DNA of 64,000 nucleotides from Clostridia bacterium (GTDB lineage: Bacteria > Bacillota > Clostridia > TANB77 > CAG-508), in contig JAFXGW010000025.1 of assembly GCA_017536685.1 (NCBI GenBank), forward strand, positions 2,816 to 66,815. The letters are read 5' to 3'. The position numbers and the translations under genes are program-made. Every line of letters starts with the position of its first letter. Position 1 is the first letter of the stretch. Positions 51,713 to 61,507 of the stretch are shown here, piece by piece. The notes below the pieces were generated by a model, which saw only the letters and a program-made list of their open reading frames with translations, was not told where the DNA came from and did not search any database.

Positions 51713-52288
51713 TCATATTATCTCATTTTCTTTTAGAATTTGATATACTTTATCTATTGGAAGTCCAATTACACTCATATAATTTCCTTCTATTTTTTCT
51801 ATATACCTACTGAAATAACTTTGAATCGCATAAGCTCCTGCTTTGTCATATGGTTCTTCTGAATCCACATATTCTTTAATTTCTTCATCTGACATCGGAG
51901 CAACTTCTATTAAATTCTTGCTCAATTCTTTGTATTCTTTATATTCTTCATGATCTTCTATTAATATAGATAAACTTGTATATACAATATGATAATCACC
52001 TTGCAATTCTTTAAGCATTTTAATAGCTTCAGTCCTATCTTTTGGTTTACCATATATTTTGTTATTTTTTACAACAATTGTATCAGCTCCAATTATTGCT
52101 CTATCACCTTGAGTATTATTAAAAACATCTAAAGCTTTTCCGTAAGCCAACTCTTTTGCCTGTTCTTCAATATTCATACCACTTTTTATTTTTTCTTCAT
52201 ATGTACTTGGCATTACTTCAAACTCTACCTTTGCTAAATCTAGTAATGCAGCTCTTCTTGGAGATTGTGATGCTAAAATAACTTTCAT
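51713..52288 (-). CDS. maf: Maf nucleoside triphosphate pyrophosphatase
   Basis: ILASQSPRR, GADTIV, DKAGAYAIQ. Confidence 0.95.
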   Translation of the reverse strand: MKVILASQSPRRAALLDLAKVEFEVMPSTYEEKIKSGMNIEEQAKELAYGKALDVFNNTQGDRAIIGADTIVVKNNKIYGKPKDRTEAIKMLKELQGDYHIVYTSLSILIEDHEEYKEYKELSKNLIEVAPMSDEEIKEYVDSEEPYDKAGAYAIQSYFSRYIEKIEGNYMSVIGLPIDKVYQILKENEII

Positions 52289-52555
52289 ATCTATTACCTC
52301 TTCTATCTTTATTTACATGTATTATATATTTTAATAATTTTAGTGTCAATTATTCATAAAATTTTATTTATTTTTAGGAAAAATTCCTATTTTCCTCAGA
52401 ATTCTTTCGTAGTAAACTATTCGTCACAAAAAAGTTACATTTCAAACTATTGAAAAAAATATAATACTATGTTAAAATTTGTAATTGAAAAATTAATTAA
52501 GAATAAACTTTAACCTTTCGGTTAAAAATATTTATAGATTTACAAGGAGGATTAT

Positions 52556-54790
52556 ATGAGATTTGAAGAATGGAATAATTTCAATTCTGGTACTTGGGAA
52601 AACGAAGTAAATGTAAGAGATTTTATTCAAAAAAACTACACACCTTATGAAGGTGATGCTTCTTTCTTAGCAAACGCTACAGAAAAAACAACAAAATTAT
52701 GGGAAGAAGTTTTAGAATTATATAAAAAAGAAAGAGATGCTGGAGGAGTTTTAGCAATTTCTAACGATATTGCTTCTACTATTTCTAGTCATGAAGCTGG
52801 TTATATAGATAAAAACTTAGAACAAATTGTAGGTCTTCAAACTGAAGAGCCATTAAAAAGAGCAATTATGCCAAATGGTGGTATAAGAATTGTTGAAAAA
52901 TCTTGTGCCGCTTATGATCAAAAAATATCTGATAAATTAGCTGATATTTACCATAATTATAGAAGAACACATAATGATGGTGTATTCACAGCTTATACTC
53001 CAGAAATTAGAGCTGCTAGAAGCTCTCACTTAATTACAGGACTTCCTGATGGATATGGTCGTGGAAGAATTATTGGTGACTACAGAAGAGTTGCTTTATA
53101 TGGTGTTGATTTCTTAATTGAAGAAAAGAAAAAAGATTTAGAAAGTTTAGCTCATTCATCTATAACAGAAGAATTAGTTAGAGCTAGAGAAGAACATTTT
53201 GATCAAATTTCAGCATTAGAAGAATTAAAAATAATGGCAAAAAAATATGGATTTGACATTTCTGTTCCAGCAAAAAATGCAAAAGAAGCAGTTCAATGGA
53301 CATATTTTGGATATTTAGGAGCAATAAAAGAACAAAATGGAGCTGCAATGAGTTTAGGTAGAGTTACCTCTTTCCTAGATATTTATTTCGAAAGAGATTT
53401 AAAATCAGGAGTTTTATCTGAAGAAGATGCTCAAGAAATAATGGATCATTTTGTTATGAAATTAAGAATGGTTAGATTTTTAAGAACACCAGAATATGAT
53501 GAATTATTCAGTGGTGATCCTGTTTGGGTTACTGAAAGTATTGGTGGTATGGGAATTGATGGAAGAACTTTAGTTACAAAAAACTCATTTAGAGTTCTTC
53601 ACACATTAGAAACATTAGGTCCTGCTCCTGAGCCAAACTTAACAGTTCTTTGGTCTACAAAATTACCAAAGGGATTTAAAAATTATTGTTCAAAATTATC
53701 AATAAAAACAAGTTCAATCCAATATGAAAATGATGACTTAATGAGAGAATATTGGGGTGACGATTATGGAATAGCATGTTGTGTTTCTGCAATGAGAATT
53801 GGTAAACAAATGCAATTCTTTGGTGCTAGAGCAAACCTTGCAAAAACTTTATTATATGCAATCAATGGTGGTAGAGATGAAATCTCTGGAAAACAAATTA
53901 CAAGCAAAACTGTTCCTGTTACTTCAGAATATCTAGATTATGATGAAGTTTGGGAAAAATTTGAAGGCATGTGCGATTGGGTTGCTAGAGTTTATATAAA
54001 CGCATTAAATATTATCCATTACATGCATGATAAATACTGCTATGAAAAATTAGAAATGGCATTACATGATAAAGAAATTTTAAGAACAATGGCTTGTGGT
54101 ATCGCTGGTTTATCAATAGTTGCTGATTCATTCTCAGCAATGAAATATGCAAAAGTAAAAGTTATCAGAGATGCAACAGGTTTGGCTGTTGATTATAAAG
54201 TTGAAGGTGACTTCCCTAAATACGGAAATGATGATGACAGGGTTGATTCTATAGCAGTTGAAATTGTTAAAATGTTTATGAATAAACTAAAACAACAACC
54301 AACTTATAGAAACTCAAAACCTACAATGTCAATATTAACAATTACTTCAAATGTTGTTTACGGAAAAGCTACTGGAACTACACCTGATGGAAGACAAGCT
54401 GGTCAACCTTTTGGTCCTGGAGCAAACCCAATTCACGGAAGAGATACACATGGTGCTTTAGCAGTATTAAATACTATGACTAAATTACCATACAAACACG
54501 CAGAAGATGGAATTTCATATACTTTTGCCGTAGTTCCTAAAGCGTTAGGAAAAGACGAAAAATCTAGAGTTAACAATTTAACAGCATTACTTGATGGATA
54601 TTTTTCAAAATTCAGCCATCACATTAATGTTAACGTATTTGATAGAGCATTACTTGAAGATGCTATGGAACACCCAGAAAAATATCCTCAATTAACAATT
54701 AGAGTTTCTGGATATGCAGTTAACTTTGTAAAATTAACTAGAGAACAACAATTAGACGTTATAAATAGAACAATTCACGAAAGTATCTAA
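52556..54790 (+). CDS. pflB: Pyruvate formate-lyase
   Basis: GIACCVS active-site cysteines, TIRVSGYAV glycyl radical motif. Confidence 0.98.
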   Translation: MRFEEWNNFNSGTWENEVNVRDFIQKNYTPYEGDASFLANATEKTTKLWEEVLELYKKERDAGGVLAISNDIASTISSHEAGYIDKNLEQIVGLQTEEPLKRAIMPNGGIRIVEKSCAAYDQKISDKLADIYHNYRRTHNDGVFTAYTPEIRAARSSHLITGLPDGYGRGRIIGDYRRVALYGVDFLIEEKKKDLESLAHSSITEELVRAREEHFDQISALEELKIMAKKYGFDISVPAKNAKEAVQWTYFGYLGAIKEQNGAAMSLGRVTSFLDIYFERDLKSGVLSEEDAQEIMDHFVMKLRMVRFLRTPEYDELFSGDPVWVTESIGGMGIDGRTLVTKNSFRVLHTLETLGPAPEPNLTVLWSTKLPKGFKNYCSKLSIKTSSIQYENDDLMREYWGDDYGIACCVSAMRIGKQMQFFGARANLAKTLLYAINGGRDEISGKQITSKTVPVTSEYLDYDEVWEKFEGMCDWVARVYINALNIIHYMHDKYCYEKLEMALHDKEILRTMACGIAGLSIVADSFSAMKYAKVKVIRDATGLAVDYKVEGDFPKYGNDDDRVDSIAVEIVKMFMNKLKQQPTYRNSKPTMSILTITSNVVYGKATGTTPDGRQAGQPFGPGANPIHGRDTHGALAVLNTMTKLPYKHAEDGISYTFAVVPKALGKDEKSRVNNLTALLDGYFSKFSHHINVNVFDRALLEDAMEHPEKYPQLTIRVSGYAVNFVKLTREQQLDVINRTIHESI

Positions 54791-54941
54791 TTAAATTTAA
54801 ATGGATTTTTAAAAGGCAAACAAAAAAGTTTGCCTTTTTCTATTATTTCCTATATTATAAAAACATAGCACTAAATAATTTTAATTATTTGTATAATTTA
54901 TATCACAAAATATTCAATAATCATACAAGGAGATTTTGCTT

Positions 54942-55655
54942 ATGAACGGAAAAATACATTCAATAGAAACATTTGGAACTGTAGATGGTCCAGGCATACG
55001 TTTTGTAGTATTTATGCAAGGTTGTACTTTAAAATGTAAATATTGTCATAACCGAGATACTTGGAATACTAGAGGTGGTAAATCAATTTCTACAGATGAA
55101 CTTATAAAAGAAATTTTAAAATATAAATCTTATATAGATAATTCCGATGGTGGAGTAACAGTTTCTGGTGGTGAACCATTGCTTCAAGCTGCTTTTGTTA
55201 CTGAACTTTTTAAAGAATTAAAGTCACGTGGAATTCATACAGCATTAGATACTTCTGGTTCTATTCCTTTATCTGATAATATAAAAGAACTTTTAAAATA
55301 CACTGATTTAGTTTTACTAGATATCAAACATATTAAACCGGAAAAATGTGTTGATTTAACAGGATTTACCAACAAAAACACTTTAGATTTTGCAAAATAT
55401 TTAAGTAATACTAATATCCCCGTTTGGATTAGACAAGTATTAGTTCCAACTTATACTGACGACAAATTTGATCTTTTAGAATTAAAGAAATTCATTAATT
55501 CTTTAACTAATGTTGAAAAAATTGAATTATTACCATACCACAATTTAGGAAAGTTTAAATGGGAAGAACTTGGAGATAAATATGAATTAGAAAATATAAA
55601 TCCTCCTACTCCAGAAGAAATTGAAAAAGCAAAACAACTATTAGAAATTGAGTAA
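54942..55655 (+). CDS. pflA: Pyruvate formate-lyase activating enzyme
   Basis: TVDGPGIRF, GCTLKCKYCHN, SGGEP, ELLPYH. Confidence 0.96.
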   Translation: MNGKIHSIETFGTVDGPGIRFVVFMQGCTLKCKYCHNRDTWNTRGGKSISTDELIKEILKYKSYIDNSDGGVTVSGGEPLLQAAFVTELFKELKSRGIHTALDTSGSIPLSDNIKELLKYTDLVLLDIKHIKPEKCVDLTGFTNKNTLDFAKYLSNTNIPVWIRQVLVPTYTDDKFDLLELKKFINSLTNVEKIELLPYHNLGKFKWEELGDKYELENINPPTPEEIEKAKQLLEIE

Positions 55656-55656
55656 T

Positions 55657-55685
55657 TTGAATTATTATGTTAATTATGATATAAT
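55657..55685 (+). promoter_or_regulatory. Sigma-A promoter of the 55720 gene
   Basis: TTGAAT-N17-TATAAT with TGn. Confidence 0.6.
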
Positions 55686-55719
55686 TATTTTATCAATCAT
55701 AGAAAGAAAGGATTTTCTT

Positions 55720-55962
55720 ATGGAACAGACATTCACTAATGTATTTTTCGAAGAATCATATCCTGCTGCTGAAGAAAGATTAGAAAAACTTCGAAAAAAC
55801 GACAAGTATCCTGAAGTAAAAGCTTACATTGTTCAAGAAAAGGATGGTTCTTGGCGGGTTTTAAGAAGAATCAAAATCAATTTATCTCAGCAAACCAATA
55901 CCCCGGCAGCAACTTTACAAAGATTACTGCAATATCGATTGAAGCAAAAAGCAAGACGCTAA
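55720..55962 (+). CDS. Hypothetical protein (80 aa), GC-richer than host
   Basis: ATG after gaaagga; stop codon falls in the loop of the hairpin aaaaagcaagacgct/agcgtcctgcttttt. Confidence 0.6.
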   Translation: MEQTFTNVFFEESYPAAEERLEKLRKNDKYPEVKAYIVQEKDGSWRVLRRIKINLSQQTNTPAATLQRLLQYRLKQKARR

Positions 55963-56051
55963 AACAGCGTCCTGCTTTTTTATTGCAATAATAAAAATTG
56001 TTGGCGCGAATTAAAAAATTTTGACAACAGTTTTATTTCACATTTATACCT

Positions 56052-56126
56052 TTTGCATATTTTATATTTGCATATTTTATATTTGTATATTTTATATTTG
56101 CATATTTTATATTTGCATATTTTATA
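56052..56126. repeat. Intergenic tandem repeat, 5 x 15 bp
   Basis: Unit tttgcatattttata, one copy with c>t. Confidence 0.93.
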
Positions 56127-56136
56127 TTTTATTTCA

Positions 56137-56892
56137 TTATTTTTTATATTTTTGTAATTGCTTTAAAGCATATTTTATATCTTTATAACTTAAGTATCCT
56201 ACCCTATCTTTTTTTATACTTCTATGGAATTCTTCATCATAAATTACTTTATTTGAAATCTTATAACCTTCAATCATATATTTTCCAAAACCTAACATTA
56301 TTGCAGTAACATCTGTTAAACACTCATTAGCTATTCTATCTTTAAGTTGAATTTTGTTAGATAACAATAAATAGTGAGTACTTTCATGAGCAAGAATTGA
56401 AATTATAGTATCCATCGTCATATCATTTTGAATATTTATAATTACCATTCGTTCATTAGTATCTTCATTTTTCTCAGAATATATACCAGCATATTTTAAT
56501 CTATATTTACTAGAGATATAATTAATTTTTAAGCTTACCTTTTCTTTATCTAATTTCATATAAGCTAATATTTCATGAAATAATTCTAAAACATATTTTT
56601 CTGAAAATCTAGAATATCTTAAATGTCTTTCTAACTCTTGATTTAAAATAAATTCTTTATTTACTTCAATACCTAAATTATCTAGATTTTCTTTTGCTTT
56701 ATCAATATATTTTTGAATTAATTCATTAGTTAAGTTTCTTTTGTTCATACCTTCTTTTTGAATATCTTTTATTCCCTTTTGATTCAAATGGGTAACTTTT
56801 AATGCATTAACGAACCAAGTTATATAATCTCTAAAAAAATATATTAAATAACCAATAGCTATAATAATTGCAACTATAATATAATATTTCAT
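56137..56892 (-). CDS. Membrane-anchored putative zinc metallopeptidase
   Basis: N-terminal TM; LAHESTH (HExxH) followed by NECLTD. Confidence 0.65.
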   Translation of the reverse strand: MKYYIIVAIIIAIGYLIYFFRDYITWFVNALKVTHLNQKGIKDIQKEGMNKRNLTNELIQKYIDKAKENLDNLGIEVNKEFILNQELERHLRYSRFSEKYVLELFHEILAYMKLDKEKVSLKINYISSKYRLKYAGIYSEKNEDTNERMVIINIQNDMTMDTIISILAHESTHYLLLSNKIQLKDRIANECLTDVTAIMLGFGKYMIEGYKISNKVIYDEEFHRSIKKDRVGYLSYKDIKYALKQLQKYKK

Positions 56893-57003
56893 TACTAACT
56901 CCCTCTATATTTTTCGCTTTTATTATAGTATATTTTTATGCTATATACAACCTAAATACTTAAATTCTACTATTGGTATTATCACATTAAATTTATTATA
57001 AAA

Positions 57004-58260
57004 TTAATAACCTGTTACTGGCAATTTTTTTTCAATAACAACATTTTCTATAATTACATTATCCGGTATTGGCTCTTCATAAATATGTTCTTCTGTTTTT
57101 AAAGAATTTTCTACAATAATTTCTTTCTCATCATTAAATTTTATATTTATCTCAATTGGCTCTTCAATTAGTTTATATCCCTCTAAAGTTTCAATTTCTT
57201 GTAAATAATAAGTTCCTGGTACAATATTTTCTATAATTATTTCTCCATTAGTATTTGTTACTAAATTTTGAATAACAAAATCCTTATTTACATTTAATAA
57301 ATTGAATTTAACTCCTTCTAATCTTTTCTTGTTTTCAGATTCTTGCTTTATAACTTTTATTTTTGAATTATTTTTAGGAATTATATCTTGATAACTTTTT
57401 TGAACTTTTTCATTTTTTTCACCAGTTAGTGCATAATTTTGTGTTTCTGGTATTGTGCTTTCTCCATAAAAAATAGGATATGTATTTGCCTCCACTTCAA
57501 CTTGAAGTTCTATTTTAAAATCATCACTCAAAGTTTCTATTGGAGCTAGTATTTTAAATTTTTCATTTAAAGAAAATGCAGTCTTTTCTATTCCTTTTTC
57601 GTCTGTTATCTTTAATTTTTCTACATTATCTCCAGTTACTTTTAAATTATAAAAGCCATTTGTTATATTTGATTTTATCAAATATGTTTTACTTAAATAT
57701 TCTATTTCATTTTCATCAATTCTCCAATTATCAAAATCTGGTAATATTTCTATATTATTAATCATATTTTCACCATTTTTTTTAGCAGCTTCCATAATTT
57801 TCAAATAAGCATTAAGCGTTCTTTTTCCTGCTAAAGATTCATCAGCTGTATAATCTTTAATATTTCTATTATCTAAAACTGTATAAATTGCAAATTGAGT
57901 TGCAGTATATGCTTCTTCTTTAGTCTCGACACCAAGTTCTTTTAAACTTTTATATGGATAACCATTTATAATAACTCTCCATATTTTTTCATTTGTTATT
58001 CTTTTATTTATTTTTACATCATATTCTTCTCTTCCATTACTTCCAACACCACCAAACTCTGGATTTAAGCAATATGCTGGAAATTCTTGTGAATTTTTTT
58101 CATATGCAGCATAATGAACCGATTTAAAATTCCCTTTATACATAAGATATAAAGGACACTCTCCCATATATTTTATTTTTTCTGTTTCACTCGCAAAACA
58201 AATAGAAAACGAATTTATTATTACAATCAACAATAAATTTATTATTAATATCTTTTTCAT
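57004..58260 (-). CDS. Thioester-domain surface protein with SpaA/prealbumin-like domain and LPxTG
   Basis: Signal peptide, AYCLNP (Cys) and TQFAIY (Gln) thioester motifs, PGTYYLQEIETLEGY, terminal LPVTGY. Confidence 0.85.
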   Translation of the reverse strand: MKKILIINLLLIVIINSFSICFASETEKIKYMGECPLYLMYKGNFKSVHYAAYEKNSQEFPAYCLNPEFGGVGSNGREEYDVKINKRITNEKIWRVIINGYPYKSLKELGVETKEEAYTATQFAIYTVLDNRNIKDYTADESLAGKRTLNAYLKIMEAAKKNGENMINNIEILPDFDNWRIDENEIEYLSKTYLIKSNITNGFYNLKVTGDNVEKLKITDEKGIEKTAFSLNEKFKILAPIETLSDDFKIELQVEVEANTYPIFYGESTIPETQNYALTGEKNEKVQKSYQDIIPKNNSKIKVIKQESENKKRLEGVKFNLLNVNKDFVIQNLVTNTNGEIIIENIVPGTYYLQEIETLEGYKLIEEPIEINIKFNDEKEIIVENSLKTEEHIYEEPIPDNVIIENVVIEKKLPVTGY

Positions 58261-58291
58261 ATTATTTCTCCTTTTTTATATTTTCAATTTT

Positions 58292-58882
58292 TTATTTCTC
58301 TATACCTTGTACACAAAGCCTATAATTTGGTTGATTTTCAACACAAGTTATAAGAGTTATTCTATTATCTTTTGTATTTTCTAGCCATTCCCACTCTGTA
58401 TCTTTTATGATTTTTTTTATATATACAATATAAACTTTCTCTATCCCCAAATATGAATAATATATTTCATCCCCTTTTTCTAGCAACTTTATTTTTTCAA
58501 AATAATTCACATCATATCCTCTATTATGCGCTGCTAATCCTATATTTCCATGATCTACTGGTGTTTCATCAAAATGTCCAACGTATTTATTTAAAACACT
58601 ACTTGTTGTTCCATTTTGAATTTCAGCTTCTAAGTTGATTTTTGGAATTATAATTTTCCACTCATTAATAAGGCTATTATTAAAATTATTTTCATATTTA
58701 TTTAAAATTTTTTCATTATTTCTTAAAAGATTTTCATTTATGTTGATACAATTTTTTTCTAAAGTTGCTTCAATATTTAATTTATTTTCAAATTTTCCCA
58801 TTTGAATAATTATTAAAATTGTACTAAAAATAAAAGATATTACTAGAATTTTTAAACTTATATTCTTAAAACAAAGTATCAC
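58292..58882 (-). CDS. Sortase (class D/E-like)
   Basis: LAAHN, ITLITC, YRLCV catalytic His/Cys/Arg. Confidence 0.9.
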   Translation of the reverse strand: MILCFKNISLKILVISFIFSTILIIIQMGKFENKLNIEATLEKNCININENLLRNNEKILNKYENNFNNSLINEWKIIIPKINLEAEIQNGTTSSVLNKYVGHFDETPVDHGNIGLAAHNRGYDVNYFEKIKLLEKGDEIYYSYLGIEKVYIVYIKKIIKDTEWEWLENTKDNRITLITCVENQPNYRLCVQGIEK

Positions 58883-59012
58883 CTCTTTTCTTGTATAATA
58901 TTTTATTGATTTTTTCGCCTAGACATAGGCATAAGAACGTGGAAATCCACTCTGAATGAAAACAACAAATGTTTTTTACAAAACATTTTCAATAAATAAA
59001 AATAAAACAATC

Positions 59013-59055
59013 GGGGCTAAACCCTACCACAAAAACTTGTTTAGAGTTTAGCCCC
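59013..59055 (-). terminator. Terminator after the sensor kinase
   Basis: ggggctaaac ... gtttagcccc. Confidence 0.75.
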
Positions 59056-59165
59056 TCTCCTATTATTTTCAACTAAATATTATCAGATTTTTTTTGATTA
59101 GTCAATATATTGTTTGTGTTTTTTATGTGAATTTTATAATTTTAATAAAACTTCTCTTATACAAT

Positions 59166-60683
59166 TTAATTTTTTGCTTCTAAAATATCAAAATAAAATT
59201 CTACACCGTTTTTTTTATTTTTTACACCATAAGCATTATTATATTTTGTCATAATCGCTTTTACTAAAGCAAGACCAATTCCTGTTCCACCTTTTGATCT
59301 AGTTCTAGCAGTATCTACTTTATAAAATCTAGTCCAAATTCTATTTAAATTTTCTTCATCGATTTTCTTTCCTGTATTAAATACAGAAACTCTATATTTT
59401 CCCGTCTCTTTGCTTTTCTTAATTGTTATTTTTATTTCTTTTACTTTATCAACTTCTTCTACGTTTTTTATAGCATTCGTAAAGTAATTTGTTATAACTT
59501 GTTCTATATAAAAGTCATCTGCAAATACATATATTGGACTTTCTTCTGAAAAATCTACATTTATTTTTTGTTCTGTCAACACTACTTTTGAATTTTTTAC
59601 TACAGAATTTATTAATTCAACAATATCAAACTTTTCATCATTAAATTTTCTATCTTCATATTCAAGTTTCATAAGTTCTAGTAATCTTTTTACTAATTTA
59701 TCCATTTTATTAGCCTCATCTAAGATTACTTCTGTATAGAATTTTCTACTTTCATCATCTGTTGTTACATTTTCTACCAAGCCTTCCGCATAACCTTGAA
59801 TTAAAGCAATTGGCGTTTTTAACTCATGAGAAACATCTGATATAAATTGTTTTCTCATTTCATCTATTTTTGATTTTGCTTCAATATCTTTCTCAAGTTC
59901 TGAATTATTTATTTTTAATTGATTAATTGTTTCTTCAAGTTTATCTGATAAAGTATTTATACTTTTTCCAAGTTCATCAATTTCATCTTCAGAATCATTT
60001 ATTCTATATTTTCTTTTGAAATTTAATTTTGTCATTTCATTTGCAATATCATTTAGTTCTTCAATTGGTTTAGTAAATCTTTCTGTTATAAACAAAATTG
60101 CTACACCACCCAATATAATTGCAGCAAATCCTAGAACATAAATAAATTTATTTGAAATTGATGCACTTTCTTCAATTGGTTCTACTGGTGTTCTAACATA
60201 TAATTCATTACCATTTTCTAGAACTGCATCTAATAAAATATAGGAGAAACCATTATTTTTGTTAACAATTTTTCTTATGCTAACATCTTCCTTTGAATAC
60301 ATTATATCTGTTTTATTAAAAATACTATATTCTACATCATAAGTAATATCATTTATTACTCCAAAATCTGCAACAAAATTTTTATTACTGCTATATACTT
60401 CATTTTCTTTATCTAAAATTAAAATCTCAAAATTATCCTTTACTGCTAATTTTTCGAGTTCTGAATAGTAATGTCCTTCTTTAAGTTCGTCTGCTGTTTT
60501 TGGAAGTTTTTTATTTATATAATCATAAACATTTAGTGACGCCTCTTTTTTTGAACGAAAATATATGGTTTCCAAAACGGTATTATTGATTACTATAAAA
60601 AAGAAAATTATCATTAAAATAACCACACTTAATGTTAAAAACAATTTAGCACGAACTGATTTAAATAAATTTTTCTTTATCAT
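59166..60683 (-). CDS. Sensor histidine kinase (HAMP-HisKA-HATPase)
   Basis: DVSHELKTP, NYFTNA, RFYKVD, GGTGIGL. Confidence 0.95.
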   Translation of the reverse strand: MIKKNLFKSVRAKLFLTLSVVILMIIFFFIVINNTVLETIYFRSKKEASLNVYDYINKKLPKTADELKEGHYYSELEKLAVKDNFEILILDKENEVYSSNKNFVADFGVINDITYDVEYSIFNKTDIMYSKEDVSIRKIVNKNNGFSYILLDAVLENGNELYVRTPVEPIEESASISNKFIYVLGFAAIILGGVAILFITERFTKPIEELNDIANEMTKLNFKRKYRINDSEDEIDELGKSINTLSDKLEETINQLKINNSELEKDIEAKSKIDEMRKQFISDVSHELKTPIALIQGYAEGLVENVTTDDESRKFYTEVILDEANKMDKLVKRLLELMKLEYEDRKFNDEKFDIVELINSVVKNSKVVLTEQKINVDFSEESPIYVFADDFYIEQVITNYFTNAIKNVEEVDKVKEIKITIKKSKETGKYRVSVFNTGKKIDEENLNRIWTRFYKVDTARTRSKGGTGIGLALVKAIMTKYNNAYGVKNKKNGVEFYFDILEAKN

Positions 60684-60706
60684 TTATTTCATCCTTTTAT
60701 AATCAA

Positions 60707-61387
60707 CTATTTTATTTCAAATTTGTATCCAATTCCTCTTATTGTTTGAATATGTTTACCTTTTTTACCAAGCTTATGTCTAATTTTTTTAATATGACTA
60801 TCTATTGTTCTTGAATCACCATAATAGTCATAATTCCAAACTGTATTTAATATTTTATCTCTAGACAAAGCTATATTTTCATTATCAAGTAAGTATTTTA
60901 AAAGCTCATATTCTCTAAAACTTAGTTCTACTTGCTTTCCATCTACTGTAACTGTTCTTCCTTCATTATCAATAACAATTCCATCATAACTTTTTAATTC
61001 TTTTACATCTGGTTTGGCTCTTTTTAAAATTGCTTCCACCCTAGCAACCAAAATCTTAGGACTAAAAGGTTTTGTTATATATTCGTCTACTCCAAGTTCA
61101 AATCCGAAAAGTTCATCTTGTTCTTCAGCTCTAGCTGTTAACATTACTATTGGAAGTTTTTTATTTTCTTGACGTATATTACGAAGTACAGACCAACCAT
61201 CCAGTTTTGGCATCATAACATCTAGTAAAATTAAATCTATTTTTTCCTTATTTTCTTCATAAACTTTTAAAGCTTTTTCTCCATCTTCTGCTTCTAGTAT
61301 GTTATAATTCTTTTGTATTAAAAAATCTTTGATTAACTTTCTCATTCTAGACTCGTCGTCTACTACTAAAATTGTTGCATCTCCCAT
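60707..61387 (-). CDS. OmpR-family response regulator
   Basis: VVDDE, LLDVMMPKLDG, KPF, RTIDSHIKKIR. Confidence 0.96.
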   Translation of the reverse strand: MGDATILVVDDESRMRKLIKDFLIQKNYNILEAEDGEKALKVYEENKEKIDLILLDVMMPKLDGWSVLRNIRQENKKLPIVMLTARAEEQDELFGFELGVDEYITKPFSPKILVARVEAILKRAKPDVKELKSYDGIVIDNEGRTVTVDGKQVELSFREYELLKYLLDNENIALSRDKILNTVWNYDYYGDSRTIDSHIKKIRHKLGKKGKHIQTIRGIGYKFEIK

Positions 61388-61507
61388 TTTTTACCTCCAA
61401 CTTTACTTCAATCAAAATTATATATACCTCTATAACTTTTTTCGACATTTTATTTTCTTTTTAACATTTTTGTTTATATCATAATTTTATGTTTTTTGTG
61501 TGAAATC

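Noticed and set aside
52290-52555. ZMP/ZTP (pfl) riboswitch or Rex box upstream of pflB
   Set aside because: No convincing match by eye
45330-56126. CRISPR array from the 36-bp or 15-bp repeats
   Set aside because: Repeats are head-to-tail with no unique spacers, and no cas genes are present
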